NCBI GenBank assembly: GCA_964035575.1
Contig: OZ037834.1
Coordinates: 434,001 to 498,000, forward strand
Length of the DNA stretch: 64,000 nt
Direction: 5' to 3'
DNA from: Rhynchopus sp. YZ270_cl-10
Lineage: Eukaryota
Within the stretch, counting starts at the first letter, position 1; every line of letters begins with the position of its first letter. The position numbers and the translations under genes are program-made. The notes beneath the pieces were generated by a model. That model had not been told where the DNA came from. It searched no databases and saw only the letters and a program-made list of their open reading frames with translations. Shown here one piece after another: positions 22,631-35,770 of the stretch.

Positions 22631-22830
22631 NNNNNNNNNNNNNNNNNNNNNNNNNNNNNNNNNNNNNNNNNNNNNNNNNNNNNNNNNNNNNNNNNNNNNN
22701 NNNNNNNNNNNNNNNNNNNNNNNNNNNNNNNNNNNNNNNNNNNNNNNNNNNNNNNNNNNNNNNNNNNNNNNNNNNNNNNNNNNNNNNNNNNNNNNNNNNN
22801 NNNNNNNNNNNNNNNNNNNNNNNNNNNNNN
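22631..22830. other. Assembly gap (200 N)
   Basis: Run of N. Confidence 1.
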
Positions 22831-25800
22831 ACCCGCAAACCCGCAAACCCGCAAACCGCAAACCCGCAAACCCGCAAACCGCAACCCGCAAACCCGCAAA
22901 CCCGCAAACCCGCAAACCCGCAAACCCGCAAACCCGCAAACCCGCAAACCCGCAAACCCGCAAACCCGCAAACCCGCAAACCCGCAACCCGCAAACCCGC
23001 AAACCCGCAAACCCGCAAACCCGCAAACCCGCAAACCCGCAAACCCGCAAACCCGCAAACCCGCAAACCCGCAAACCGCAAACCCGCAAACCCGCAAACC
23101 CGCAAACCCGCAAACCCGCAAACCCGCAAACCCGCAAACCCGCAAACCCGCAAACCCGCAAACCCGCAAACCGCAAACCCGCAAACCCGCAAACCCGCAA
23201 ACCCGCAAACCCGCAAACCCGCAAACCCGCAAACCGCAAACCCGCAAACCCGCAAACCCGCAAACCCGCAAACCCGCAAACCCGCAAACCCGCAAACCCG
23301 CAAACCCGCAAACCCGCAAACCCGCAAACCCGCAAACCCGCAAACCCGCAAACCCGCAAACCGCAAACCCGCAAACCGCAAACCGCAAACCCGCAAACCC
23401 GCAAACCCGCAAACCCGCAAACCCGCAAACCCGCAAACCCGCAAACCCGCAAACCCGCAAACCCGCAAACCCGCAAACCCGCAAACCCGCAAACCCGCAA
23501 ACCCGCAAACCCGCAAACCCGCAAACCCGCAAACCCGCAAACCCGCAACCCGCAAACCGCAAACCCGCAAACCCGCAAACCCGCAAACCCGCAACCCGCA
23601 AACCCGCAAACCCGCAAACCCGCAAACCCGCAAACCCGCAAACCCGCAAACCGCAAACCCGCAAACCCGCAAACCCGCAAACCCGCAAACCGCAAACCCG
23701 CAAACCCGCAAACCGCAAACCCGCAAACCCGCAAACCCGCAAACCCGCAAACCCGCAAACCCGCAAACCCGCAAACCCGCAAACCGCAAACCCGCAAACC
23801 CGCAAACCCGCAAACCCGCAAACCCGCAAACCCGCAAACCCGCAAACCCGCAACCGCAAACCCGCAAACCGCAAACCCGCAAACCCGCAAACCCGCAAAC
23901 CCGCAAACCCGCAAACCCGCAAACCCGCAAACCCGCAAACCCGCAAACCCGCAAACCCGCAAACCCGCAAACCCGCAAACCCGCAAACCCGCAAACCCGC
24001 AAACCGCAAACCCGCAAACCCGCAACCGCAAACCCGCAAACCCGCAAACCCGCAAACCCCGCAAACCCGCAAACCCGCAAACCCGCAAACCGCAACCGCA
24101 ACCCGCAAACCCGCAAACCCGCAACCCGCAAACCCGCAAACCGCAAACCGCAAACCCGCAAACCCGCAAACCCGCAAACCCGCAAACCCGCAAACCCGCA
24201 AACCGCAAACCGCAAACCCGCAAACCCGCAAACCCGCAAACCCGCAAACCCGCAAACCCGCAAACCCGCAAACCCGCAAACCAACCGCAAACCCGCAAAC
24301 CCGCAAACCCGCAAACCCGCAAACCCGCAAACCGCAAACCCGCAAACCCGCAAACCCGCAAACCCGCAAACCCGCAAACCCGCAAACCCGCAAACCCGCA
24401 AACCCGCAAACCCGCAAACCCGCAAACCCGCAAACCCGCAAACCCGCAAACCCGCAAACCCGCAAACCCGCAAACCCGCAAACGCAACCGCAAACCCGCA
24501 AACCCGCAAACCCGCAAACCCGCAAACCCGCAAACCCGCAAACCCGCAAACCCGCAAACCCGCAAACCCGCAAACCCGCAAACCCGCAAACCCGCAAACC
24601 CGCAAACCCGCAAACCCGCAAACCCGCAAACCCGCAACCCGCAAACCCGCAAACCCGCAAACCGCAACCCGCAAACCCGCAAACCCGCAAACCCGCAAAC
24701 CCGCAAACCCGCAAACCCGCAAACCCGCAAACCCGCAAACCCGCAAACCCGCAAACCCGCAAACCCGCAAACCCGCAAACCCGCAAACCGCAACCGCAAA
24801 CCCGCAAACCCGCAAACCCGCAAACCCGCAAACCCGCAAACCCGCAAACCCGCAAACCCGCAAACCCGCAAACCCGCAAACCCGCAACCCGCAAACCCGC
24901 AAACCCGCAAACCCGCAAACCCGCAAACCCGCAAACCCGCAAACCCGCAAACCGCAAACCGCAAACCCGCAAACCCGCAAACCCGCAAACCCGCAAACCC
25001 GCAAACCCGCAAACCCGCAAACCCGCAAACCCGCAAACCCGCAAACCCGCAAACCCGCAAACCCGCAAACCCGCAAACCCGCAAACCCGCAAACCCGCAA
25101 ACCCGCAAACCCGCAAACCCGCAAACCCGCAAACCCGCAAACCCGCAAACCCGCAAACCGCAAACCCGCAAACCCGCAAACCCGCAAACCCGCAAACCCG
25201 CAAACCCGCAAACCGCAAACCCGCAAACCCGCAAACCCGCAAACCGCAAACCCGCAAACCCGCAAACCCGCAAACCCGCAAACCCGCAAACCCGCAAACC
25301 CGCAAACCCGCAAACCCGCAAACCCGCAAACCCGCAAACCCGCAAACCCGCAAACCCGCAAACCCGCAAACCCGCAAACCCGCAAACCCGCAAACCCGCA
25401 AACCCGCAAACCCGCAAACCCGCAAACCCCGCAAACCCGCAAACCCGCAAACCCGCAAACCCGCAAACCCGCAAACCCGCAAACCCGCAAACCCGCAAAC
25501 CCGCAAACCGCAAACCCGCAAACCCGCAAACCCGCAAACCCGCAAACCCGCAAACCCGCAAACCCGCAAACCCGCAAACCCGCAAACCCGCAAACCCGCA
25601 AACCCGCAAACCCGCAAACCCGCAAACCCGCAAACCCGCAAACCCGCAAACCCGCAAACCCGCAAACCCGCAAACCCGCAAACCCGCAAACCCGCAAACC
25701 GCAAACCCGCAAACCCGCAAACCCGCAAACCCGCAAACCCGCAAACCCGCAAACCCGCAAACCCGCAAACCCGCAAACCCGCAAACCCGCAAACCCGCAA

Positions 25801-28800
25801 ACCCGCAAACCCGCAAACCCGCAAACCCGCAAACCCGCAAACCCGCAAACCCGCAAACCCGCAAACCCGCAAACCCGCAAACCCGCAAACCCCGCAAACC
25901 CGCAAACCCGCAAACCCGCAAACCCGCAAACCCGCAAACCCGCAAACCCGCAAACCCGCAAACCCGCAAACCCGCAAACCGCAAACCCGCAAACCCGCAA
26001 ACCCGCAAACCCGCAAACCCGCAAACCCGCAAACCCGCAAACCCGCAAACCCGCAAACCCGCAAACCCGCAAACCCGCAAACCCGCAAACCCGCAAACCC
26101 GCAAACCCGCAAACCGCAAACCCGCAAACCCGCAAACCCGCAAACCCGCAAACCCGCAAACCCGCAAACCCGCAAACCCGCAAACCCGCAAACCCGCAAA
26201 CCCGCAAACCCGCAAACCCGCAAACCCGCAAACCCGCAAACCCGCAAACCCGCAAACCCGCAAACCCGCAAACCCGCAAACCCGCAAACCCGCAAACCCG
26301 CAAACCCGCAAACCCGCAAACCCGCAAACCCGCAAACCCGCAAACCCGCAAACCCGCAAACCCGCAAACCCGCAAACCCGCAAACCCGCAAACCCGCAAA
26401 CCCGCAAACCCGCAAACCCGCAAACCCGCAAACCCGCAAACCCGCAAACCCGCAAACCCGCAAACCCGCAAACCCGCAAACCCGCAAACCCGCAAACCCG
26501 CAAACCCGCAAACCCGCAAACCCGCAAACCCGCAAACCCGCAAACCCGCAAACCCGCAAACCCGCAAACCCGCAAACCCGCAAACCCGCAAACCCGCAAA
26601 CCCGCAAACCCGCAAACCCGCAAACCCGCAAACCCGCAAACCCGCAAACCCGCAAACCCGCAAACCCGCAAACCCGCAAACCCGCAAACCCGCAAACCCG
26701 CAAACCAAACCCCAAACCCGCAAACCCGTAAACGCAAACCCGAAACCGCAAACCCCGCAAACCCGCAAACCGCAAACCCGCAAACCCGCAAACCCGCAAA
26801 CCGCAAACCGCAAACCCGCAAACCCGCAAACCCGCAAACCCGCAAACCCGCAAACCCGCAAACCCGCAAACCCGCAAACCCGCAAACCGCAAACCCGCAA
26901 ACCCGCAAACCCGCAAACCCGCAAACCACCGCAAACCCGCAAACCCGCAAACCCGCAAACCCGCAAACCCGCAAACCCGCAAACCCGCAAACCCGCAAAC
27001 CCGCAACCCGCTAACCCGCAAACCCGCAAACCCGCAAACCCGCAAACCCGCAAACCCGCAAACCCGCAAACCCGCAAACCCGCAAACCCGCAAACCGCAA
27101 ACCCGCAAACCCGCAAACCCGCAAACCCGCAAACCCGCAAACCCGCAAACCCGCAAACCCGCAAACCCGCAAACCCGCAAACCGCAAACCCGCAAACCCG
27201 CAAACCCGCAAACCCGCAAACCCGCAAACCCGCAAACCCGCAAACCCGCAAACCCGCAAACCCGCAAACCCGCAAACCGCAAACCCGCAAACCCGCAAAC
27301 CCGCAAACCCGCAAACCCGCAAACCCGCAAACCCGCAAACCGCAAACCCGCAAACCCGCAAACCCGCAAACCCGCAAACCCGCAAACCCGCAAACCCGCA
27401 AACCCGCAAACCCGCAAACCCGCAAACCCGCAAACCCGCAAACCCGCAAACCGCAAACCCGCAAACCCGCAAACCCGCAAACCCGCAAACCCGCAAACCC
27501 GCAAACCCGCAAACCCGCAAACCCGCAAACCCGCAAACCCGCAAACCCGCAAACCCGCAAACCCGCAAACCCGCAAACCCGCAAACCCGCAAACCGCAAA
27601 CCCGCAAACCCGCAAACCCGCAAACCCGCAAACCCGCAAACCCGAAAACCCGCAAACCCGCAAACCCGCAAACCCGCAAACCCGCAAACCCGCAAACCCG
27701 CAAACCCGCAAACCCGCAAACCCGCAAACCCGCAAACCCGCAAACCCGCAAACCCGCAAACCCGCAAACCCGCAAACCCGCAAACCCGCAAACCCGCAAA
27801 CCCGCAAACCCGCAAACCCGCAAACCCGCAAACCCGCAAACCCGCAAACCCGCAAACCCGCAAACCCGCAAACCCGCAAACCCGCAAACCCGCAAACCCG
27901 CAAACCCGCAAACCCGCAAACCCGCAAACCCGCAAACCCGCAAACCCGCAAACCCGCAAACCCGCAAACCCGCAAACCCGCAAACCCGCAAACCCGCAAA
28001 CCCGCAAACCCGTAAACCCGCAAACCGTACCCGCAAACCCGCAAACCCGCAAACCCGCAAACCCGCAAACCCGCAAACCCGCAAACCCGCAACCCGCAAA
28101 CCCGCAAACCCGCAAACCCGCAACCCGCAACCCGCAAACCCGCAAACCCGCAAACCGCAAACCCGCAAACCCGCAAACCCGCAAACCCGCAAACCCGCAA
28201 ACCCGCAAACCCGCAAACCCGCAAACCCGCAAACCCGCAAACCCGCAAACCCGCAAACCGCAAACCCGCAAACCCGCAAACCCGCAAACCCGCAAACCCG
28301 CAAACCCGCAAACCCGCAAACCCGCAAACCCGCAAACCCGCAAACCCGCAAACCCGCAAACCCGCAAACCCGCAAACCCGCTAAACCCGCAAACCCGCAA
28401 ACCCGCAAACCCGCAAACCCGCAAACCCGCAAACCCGCAAAACCCGCAAACCCGCAAACCCGCAAACCCGCAAACCCGCAAACCCGCAAACCCGCAAACC
28501 CGCAAACCCGCAAACCGCAAACCCGCAAACCCGCAAACCCCAACCCGCAAACCCGCAAACCCAAACCCGCAAAACCCGCAAACCCGCAAACCCGCAAACC
28601 CGCAAAACCCGCAAACCGCAAACCCGCAACCCGCAAACCCGCAAACCCGCAAACCCGCAAACCCGTAAACCCGCAAACCCGCAAACCCGCAAACCCGCAA
28701 ACCGCAAACCCGCAAACCCGCAAACCCGCAAACCCGCAAACCCGCAAACCCGCAAACCCGCAAACCCGCAAACCCGCAAACCCGCAAACCCGCAAACCCG

Positions 28801-31397
28801 CAACCAACCCGCAAACCCGCAACCCGCAAACCCGCAAACCCGCAAACCCGCAAACCCGCAAACCCGCAAACCCGCAAACCCGCAAACCCGCAAACCCGCA
28901 AACCCGCAAACCCGCAAACCCGCAAACCCGCAAACCCGCAAACCCGCAAACCCGCAAACCCGCAAACCCGCAAACCCGCAAACCCGCAAACCCGCAAACC
29001 CGCAAACCCGCAAACCCGCAAACCCGAAACCCGCAAACCCGCAAACCCGCAACCGCAAACCCGCAAACCCGCAAACCCGCAAACCCGCAAACCCGCAAAC
29101 CCGCAAACCCGAAAACCCGCAAACCGCAAACCCGCAAACCCGCAAACCCGCAAACCCGCAAACCCGCAAACCCGCAAACCCGCCCCAAACCCGCAAACCC
29201 GCAAACCCGCAAACCCGCAAACCCGCAAACCCCGCAAACCCGCAAACCCGCAAACCCGCAAACCCGCAAACCCGCAAACCCGCAAACCCGCAAACCCGCA
29301 AACCCGCAAACCCGCAAACCCGCAAACCCGCAAACCCGCAAACCCGCAAACCCGCAAACCCGCAAACCCGCAAACCCGCAAACCCGCAAACCCGCAAACC
29401 CGCAAACCCGCAAACCCGCAAACCCGCAAACCCGCAAACCCGCAAACCCGCAAACCCGCAAACCCGCAAACCCGCAAACCCGCAAACCCGCAAACCCGCA
29501 AACCCGCAAACCCGCAAACCCGCAAACCCGCAAACCCGCAAACCCGCAAACCCGCAAACCCGCAAACCCGCAACCCGCAAACCCGCAAACCCGCAAACCC
29601 GCAAACCCGCAAACCCGCAAACCCGCAAACCCGCAAACCCGCAAACCCGCAAACCCGCAAACCCGCAAACCCGCAAACCCGCAAACCCGCAAACCCGCAA
29701 ACCCGCAAACCCGCAAACCCGCAAACCCGACCCCAAACCCGCAAACCCGCAAACCCGCAAACCCGCAAACCCGCAAACCCGCAAACCCGCAAACCCGCAA
29801 ACCCGCAAACCCGCAAACCCGCAAACCCGCAAACCCGCAAACCCGCAAACCCGCAAACCCGCAAACCCGCAAACCCGCAAACCCGCAAACCCGCAAACCC
29901 GCAAACCCGCAAACCCGCAAACCCGCAAACCCGCAAACCCGCAAACCCGCAAACCCGCAAACCCGCAAACCCGCAAACCCGCAAACCCGCAAACCCGCAA
30001 ACCCGCAAACCCGCAAACCCGCAAACCCGCAAACCCGCAAACCCGCAAACCCGCAAACCCGCAAACCCGCAAACCCGCAAACCCGCAAACCCGCAAACCC
30101 GCAAACCCGCAAACCCGCAAACCCGCAAACCCGCAAACCCGCAAACCCGCAAACCCGCAAACCCGCAAACCCGCAAACCCGCAAACCCGCAAACCCGCAA
30201 ACCCGCAAACCCGCAAACCCGCAAACCCGCAAACCCGCAAACCCGCAAACCCGCAAACCCGCAAACCCGCAAACCCGCAAACCCGCAAACCCGCAAACCC
30301 GCAAACCCGCAAACCCGCAAACCCGCAAACCCGCAAACCCGCAAACCCGCAAACCCGCAAACCCGCAAACCCGCAAACCCGCAAACCCGCAAACCCGCAA
30401 ACCCGCAAACCCGCAAACCCGCAAACCCGCAAACCCGCAAACCCGCAAACCCGCAAACCCGCAAACCCGCAAACCCGCAAACCCGCAAACCCGCAAACCC
30501 GCAAACCCGCAAACCCGCAAACCCGCAAACCCGCAAACCCGCAAACCCGCAAACCCGCAAACCCGCAAACCCGCAAACCCGCAAACCCGCAAACCCGCAA
30601 ACCCGCAAACCCGCAAACCCGCAAACCCGCAAACCCGCAAACCCGCAAACCCGCAAACCCGCAAACCCGCAAACCCGCAAACCCGCAAACCCGCAAACCC
30701 GCAAACCCGCAAACCCGCAAACCCGCAAACCCGCAAACCCGCAAACCCGCAAACCCGCAAACCCGCAAACCCGCAAACCCGCAAACCCGCAAACCCGCAA
30801 ACCCGCAAACCCGCAAACCCGCAAACCCGCAAACCCGCAAACCCGCAAACCCGCAAACCCGCAAACCCGCAAACCCGCAAACCCGCAAACCCGCAAACCC
30901 GCAAACCCGCAAACCCGCAAACCCGCAAACCCGCAAACCCGCAAACCCGCAAACCCGCAAACCCGCAAACCCGCAAACCCGCAAACCCGCAAACCCGCAA
31001 ACCCGCAAACCCGCAAACCCGCAAACCCGCAAACCCGCAAACCCGCAAACCCGCAAACCCGCAAACCCGCAAACCCGCAAACCCGCAAACCCGCAAACCC
31101 GCAAACCCGCAAACCCGCAAACCCGCAAACCCGCAAACCCGCAAACCCGCAAACCCGCAAACCCGCAAACCCGCAAACCCGCAAACCCGCAAACCCGCAA
31201 ACCCGCAAACCCGCAAACCCGCAAACCCGCAAACCCGCAAACCCGCAAACCCGCAAACCCGCAAACCCGCAAACCCGCAAACCCGCAAACCCGCAAACCC
31301 GCAAACCCGCAAACCCGCAAACCCGCAAACCCGCAAACCCGCAAACCCGCAAACCCGCAAACCCGCAAACCCGCAAACCCGCAAACCCGCAAACCCG
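22831..31397. repeat. (AAACCCGC)n tandem array, ~8.57 kb, ~1,070 units; telomere-like or satellite
   Basis: Direct reading. Frequent 1-nt indel variants on the left, essentially perfect from ~29740 to 31397. Bounded by gaps on both sides. Confidence 0.98.
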
Positions 31398-31597
31398 NNN
31401 NNNNNNNNNNNNNNNNNNNNNNNNNNNNNNNNNNNNNNNNNNNNNNNNNNNNNNNNNNNNNNNNNNNNNNNNNNNNNNNNNNNNNNNNNNNNNNNNNNNN
31501 NNNNNNNNNNNNNNNNNNNNNNNNNNNNNNNNNNNNNNNNNNNNNNNNNNNNNNNNNNNNNNNNNNNNNNNNNNNNNNNNNNNNNNNNNNNNNNNNN
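31398..31597. other. Assembly gap (200 N)
   Basis: Run of N. Confidence 1.
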
Positions 31598-33648
31598 CAG
31601 GTTTGTATCCTTGGAATTTTCTTCAAGATATCTCCCAACACCAGCTGCAACGAGTGCGAGCTGCAACGATAGACAAAAATGCCTTCGTTTTTCAGCACTT
31701 TGTCGCACTCGGCCAAGATGCTCTCCATAGTGGAGGCAGCCTCCTCACTCGTGTCACATGCCTCAGTTTCCTCACAGCTGGGGGTGAGACTCTCGTCAAA
31801 CGCGTCGTCGCCAGTCTCACTCCCACTGTCTCCCTCTTCGCACACCTCGGTGAAGATGGCATCCGTCTCAGCTGTCCACTCGCTGTCAGTTGCATGCAAC
31901 TGAGTGAGTGCCTTTTGGATGACAGCTGCGTTGTCAGCGACAGCGCTGAAGACGTTGATCTGTGCATCTTTCAAGGTGCTGAGAACCCCCCTGATAGCGG
32001 TGCCGATGGCTTCCGCATCATTGACGCCCTTTATCTCGACGTCGTCGAGGAAGTATGCGACCCCTTTGCAGGTCATGCCAAACCCCAGGTACGTCCTGCG
32101 TGAGCAGGTGGCACCATCAAGCATCATGAAGACGTCTTGTCCTCGGAGTTTCTCAAACACCTCTTTTTTCGTTTTCCCCGCGAGGATAATGATTTTTTTT
32201 GAGATGGTGTCAGGGAAGATGTTCTTCCCCTCCAAATACTCCCGCGGGAGTATTTTACGAAAGGCGCTTCCTGAACGCAAAAGAGAAAAGGGGAGGTTGT
32301 TTTCTGCGAAAACAAACGCAAGCAGTTCTTCGTAGTTGTCGAACCCGAGTGCACCTTCAAAAGGAGTTTGAGGCGCAGCACTGTCCGCATGGACAGGAGC
32401 TGCTCCAATCTCATTTTGAACTGGTGGGGTGTGAGGCAGAGGCTGGGACTGTGACAATGAGTCCTCGGCAGAGGGTGCATCTGTCTGCAGCCCAGCCCCG
32501 TTGTTCTTTTTTTCTTTGATGTGAAATTTTTGGACATGCCGCCTCATCGAGTCGATGTTCAGCTGCATCTTGCTTCCACAGTCCTCCATCAGACACCAAG
32601 CCGTTTTGTTGGGCCCATAAAAAAAAAAGTCTTGGGGAACCTTGCTATTCCACTTTTTAGGGTAGTCAGCCTTTGTTACTTTGTCATAGTCAGGAACAGA
32701 GGATGCCGCCGGAGCATCGGAAGATGCTGGAGCAGTATTCTCTGTTGCTGTATTGGTTACAGGTTCCGCTGGCCCTGAGATTTCATTGTCCTCACTATTT
32801 TTTTCTTTTTTTTTTTCTTCTCTATTCTGAGATAAAATGTGGACGACCTTCACGGTCCGCATGTCCGGATCCTCGCACGGGAGGTCCACTTCTTTTCCGT
32901 CCTCGTGCTTGACACGAGCACCCCACCCCCCCAAAATTTTTGCCACCACCTGTGCCTTGCTTGTACATACCTGTTCCTCCTTGTCGATCCAGGAGTGGAA
33001 AATCTGGTTCTGCTTCTTCAGTTCTCGCACACTCTTGGTCACGGACCCGTCGGATTGCCTTCTTTTCCTCACGCTTCCACTGACTCTCTGTTTCTGTGGC
33101 TTAGATGGTGCCGCCACCTTGGGCTTTGGCGATTTTTTTTTTGTTGTGTCTTTTTTTGGGGGGAGAACCTTCGAGTCTGTTCCAGAGTCTGAGTCAAACT
33201 CTGAGTCTGGGACAGACTGCGAGTCTGGCGCGTTAAAAAATTCTCTCACAACGTGTTCGTGCTTCGGTGGAGGGGAAGTCGCTGTAAAGCCGACTGTCCG
33301 TAACCTCCCACTATCCGCGGGGATGGGGAATGGGGCTTCGACAAAAATGTCGTTTTCTTGTGTGTGAACAAAATAATGTACTGTTAAACGAGGAGAAGCT
33401 GTGCTCTCCCTTGATTTGTCCTTGTCGACAATCAGACCTTCCCATGCTCTTATTTCCTTCCCATCTTGCCACTTGTGCAAAATCCACATACCTGGTTGTA
33501 GGTCTGCGAGCTGCCTGTCTGACGACCCCGTCATCTCGTGCACATCCTCAAGCTTCGAGTCGAGGTCGTCGCGACACTTCCAGATGTCGGGATTCCATCC
33601 CGGGCACTTCTTGGCGCAGGGGGAACACAAGCATACGGGGCAGTTCAT
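31598..33648 (-). CDS. hAT-superfamily transposase, 3' part lost in the gap
   Basis: BED-type finger WCLMEDC...MRRHVQKFH, ENNLPFSLL..AFRK, first catalytic D in MMLDGAT, second in VADNAAVIQKA, CxxH motif YRCSSHSLQLV. Open for ~680 codons. Confidence 0.9.
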
Positions 33649-33784
33649 GGTATCGATGTGTTTATAAATTTCAGAAAAATGTGTAAAATCTGTGTTCAGA
33701 GTGTGTTTTAAGTTAAAATTTAACCATAAACTAGAGAGGGGCTTATCAAATCACGAGCAAACTTTTTTTCTACTCAAAGTCAAA

Positions 33785-34190
33785 CGACGGACTTAATTTT
33801 TTCAATGAAAAAATAACGAATACAACGGACTTCATTCTTGAAAAATAAGGCCTCTATTACGACGGACTTCATTTTTCAAAGAAAAAATAACGCATAGAAT
33901 GGACTTCATTCTTGAAAAATAAAACCTTGGTTACGACGGACTTCATTTTTCAAAGATAAAATAACGCGTAGAATGGACTTCATTCTAGAATGATAAAACA
34001 TCGGTTACGACGGACTTCATTTTTCAAAGATAAAATAACGCATAGAATGGACTTCATTCTTGAAAAATAAAGAGAGAGGGGGGAGAATATGCGTATTTTG
34101 GTCAAAAAACGGGTAAATAAAAACCGAGAGTGCATCCATAGAACCACAGCAAGGTTTTAAAAGCTCGGTTACGACGGACTTCATTTTGCA
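33785..34190. repeat. ~61-bp tandem repeat (dimer of ~30-bp GGACTTCATT units) upstream of the transposase
   Basis: TTACGACGGACTTCATTTTTCAAAGATAAAATAACGCATAGAATGGACTTCATTCTTGAAAAATAA, about 4 copies plus a partial. Confidence 0.85.
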
Positions 34191-34997
34191 TAAATAAAAA
34201 ACTAATGTGGAGCTTGGAAGGGGAAGCCTTGGGAAATTGACCAAGGGGTTTAGGGGAATGGGGTCAAAAATCTTCTTGTTCTTGTGAAGGAATTTGCTAA
34301 GGAATTGCTAAGGAAATGTGAAAATATGCGCATTTTGGTCCATAAAAGTGCGTTTTGGGTGGTTCTGAAGGGTCAAAACACCAAAATTTTGCGTTTTTTT
34401 GCGTTTTTGGTCACCAAAGGACCCACTTTTTTGGGTGAATTTTTTTTTTTTTCCCTTTGCGAAAAAAAGTGAAAAATCACGGCTATAAGGGCCCTACGGA
34501 GAAATCGTTATTCATTTTTTGGGCAGAGAAGTGCGTTTTAGGTGCCCACAGATGGTCAAAACATCAAAATTTTGGTGTTTTTTGCATCTTTGGACACCCA
34601 AGGACCCACTATCAGGGGTGAATTTTTTTTGCCTGAGATTTGCCTTTGCCAAAATCGAAAAAAAATTTTGTGAAGGAATTTGCTAAGGAAAAGTCCAAAT
34701 TTTGGGCCCCTGTAGCAGTGCATATGGTATAACCCTAGATCGTCAAAACATCAAATTTTTGCCTTTTTTTGCATTTTTCGGTGCCCCAGGACCCAATCCC
34801 AGGCCGGAAAAAAAAAAAATTTTTTTTTTTTTGGCCCAAAAAGTAGTTGTCGAAAAAAAAATTTTTGGGTCTGAAACCGACCCAAACCGACCCAAACCGA
34901 CCCAAAAACCGACCCAAACCGACCCAAACCGACCCGCAACCCTACCCAAAACCATACCCAACCGGCCGGGTCGGTTCAAGTCGGATTGGTAGCCTTG

Positions 34998-35268
34998 CCA
35001 CTGGTGCGCAACCGTGTGTGGGTGGGAGGTGGTCCACCGTGCCGACAGCCTCGGGACCTTCTCTGCTTGTCCGACCGAGGTGTGGGGGGGGGAGCGGGGT
35101 CGAGTGTGCTACTGTTGTAGCAACCGCCGCTGACGTCGCTGACAGCGCATCCTTCGCCGTCTCATCCGTCGCCGCCGTCGCGTCCTCCGCCGCCGCCGCG
35201 ATTGCGACCATCAGTAGTGCCACTACTGATGTCGCCACTCTGTAGCGCGCGCTACCGAGTGTTGCCAT
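34998..35268 (-). pseudogene. 5' end of a signal-peptide-bearing Ala/Thr-rich protein gene cut by the hAT terminus
   Basis: MATLGSARYRVATSVVALLMVAIAAAAEDAT... GC-rich and coding-like, with a C/A-rich leader like other genes here. The frame runs into the hAT TIR at 34997. Confidence 0.5.
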
Positions 35269-35564
35269 TTTGGTTGGGCGGGGGAGACAAGGGGATGGGT
35301 GGTGGTGAGTGTGGGAGGGGTATACCAATGAAGTACAGAAACTGTAGCTTTAGAAATCGTTGGTTTTTTTGCACATGTCTGCACCAAAAATGCAAATAAA
35401 GCCAGAATTTTGATGTTTTGAGCATCTAGAATTTATTCCACGGCTATTTTGTGTATAAAATACCCACCCTGTACAGTTTGTATGGGCCAGCGCCTTGTCA
35501 AAAAAAATCTCAAAAAAAAAAAAAAAATTTTTTTTTTTTCACACACGGTGCAGTCTGTCCTGGA

Positions 35565-35770
35565 AATGTCGGACCCTTTTGTCGGAGTCCGAGGGGGTCC
35601 GACAGTCGGACCCCCTGAGTCCGACAGTCGGACTCAGGGGTCCGACTGTCGGACTCACAGTCGGACCCCTGAGTCCGACTGCCGGACCCTGGGGTCCGAC
35701 AGGCACACCCAGGTGCCCAGGTGCCCAGGTACCCAGGTACCCAGGTGCCCAGGTCCAGGAACAGGTACCC
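35565..35770. repeat. GTCCGAC/GTCGGAC palindromic array plus (CCCAGGT(G/A))n; related array at ~40085-40215
   Basis: Direct reading. The flank 35415-35515 is also repeated at ~40338-40440. Confidence 0.75.

Larger units (their letters stand above)
31598..34997 (-). mobile_element. Putatively autonomous hAT element, 5' end at 34997
   Basis: Terminus CAAGGCTACCAATCCGACTT on the minus strand, also present at ~41293-41312. (AAACCGACCC)n subterminal repeats at 34873-34935. ~61-bp GGACTTCATT repeats at 33785-34190. Transposase ORF inside. Confidence 0.8.

Noticed and set aside
22516..31708. Giant ORFs (1,466-2,922 aa) of RVCGFAGL / PQTRKPAN repeats, and a 1,755-aa transposase-repeat fusion
   Set aside because: Artefacts of a stop-free 8-mer array and of translation through N gaps.
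33785..34190. CRISPR-like regularly spaced GGACTTCATT repeats
   Set aside because: The intervening sequences are themselves repeated, there are no cas genes, and the context is a eukaryotic hAT subterminal region.
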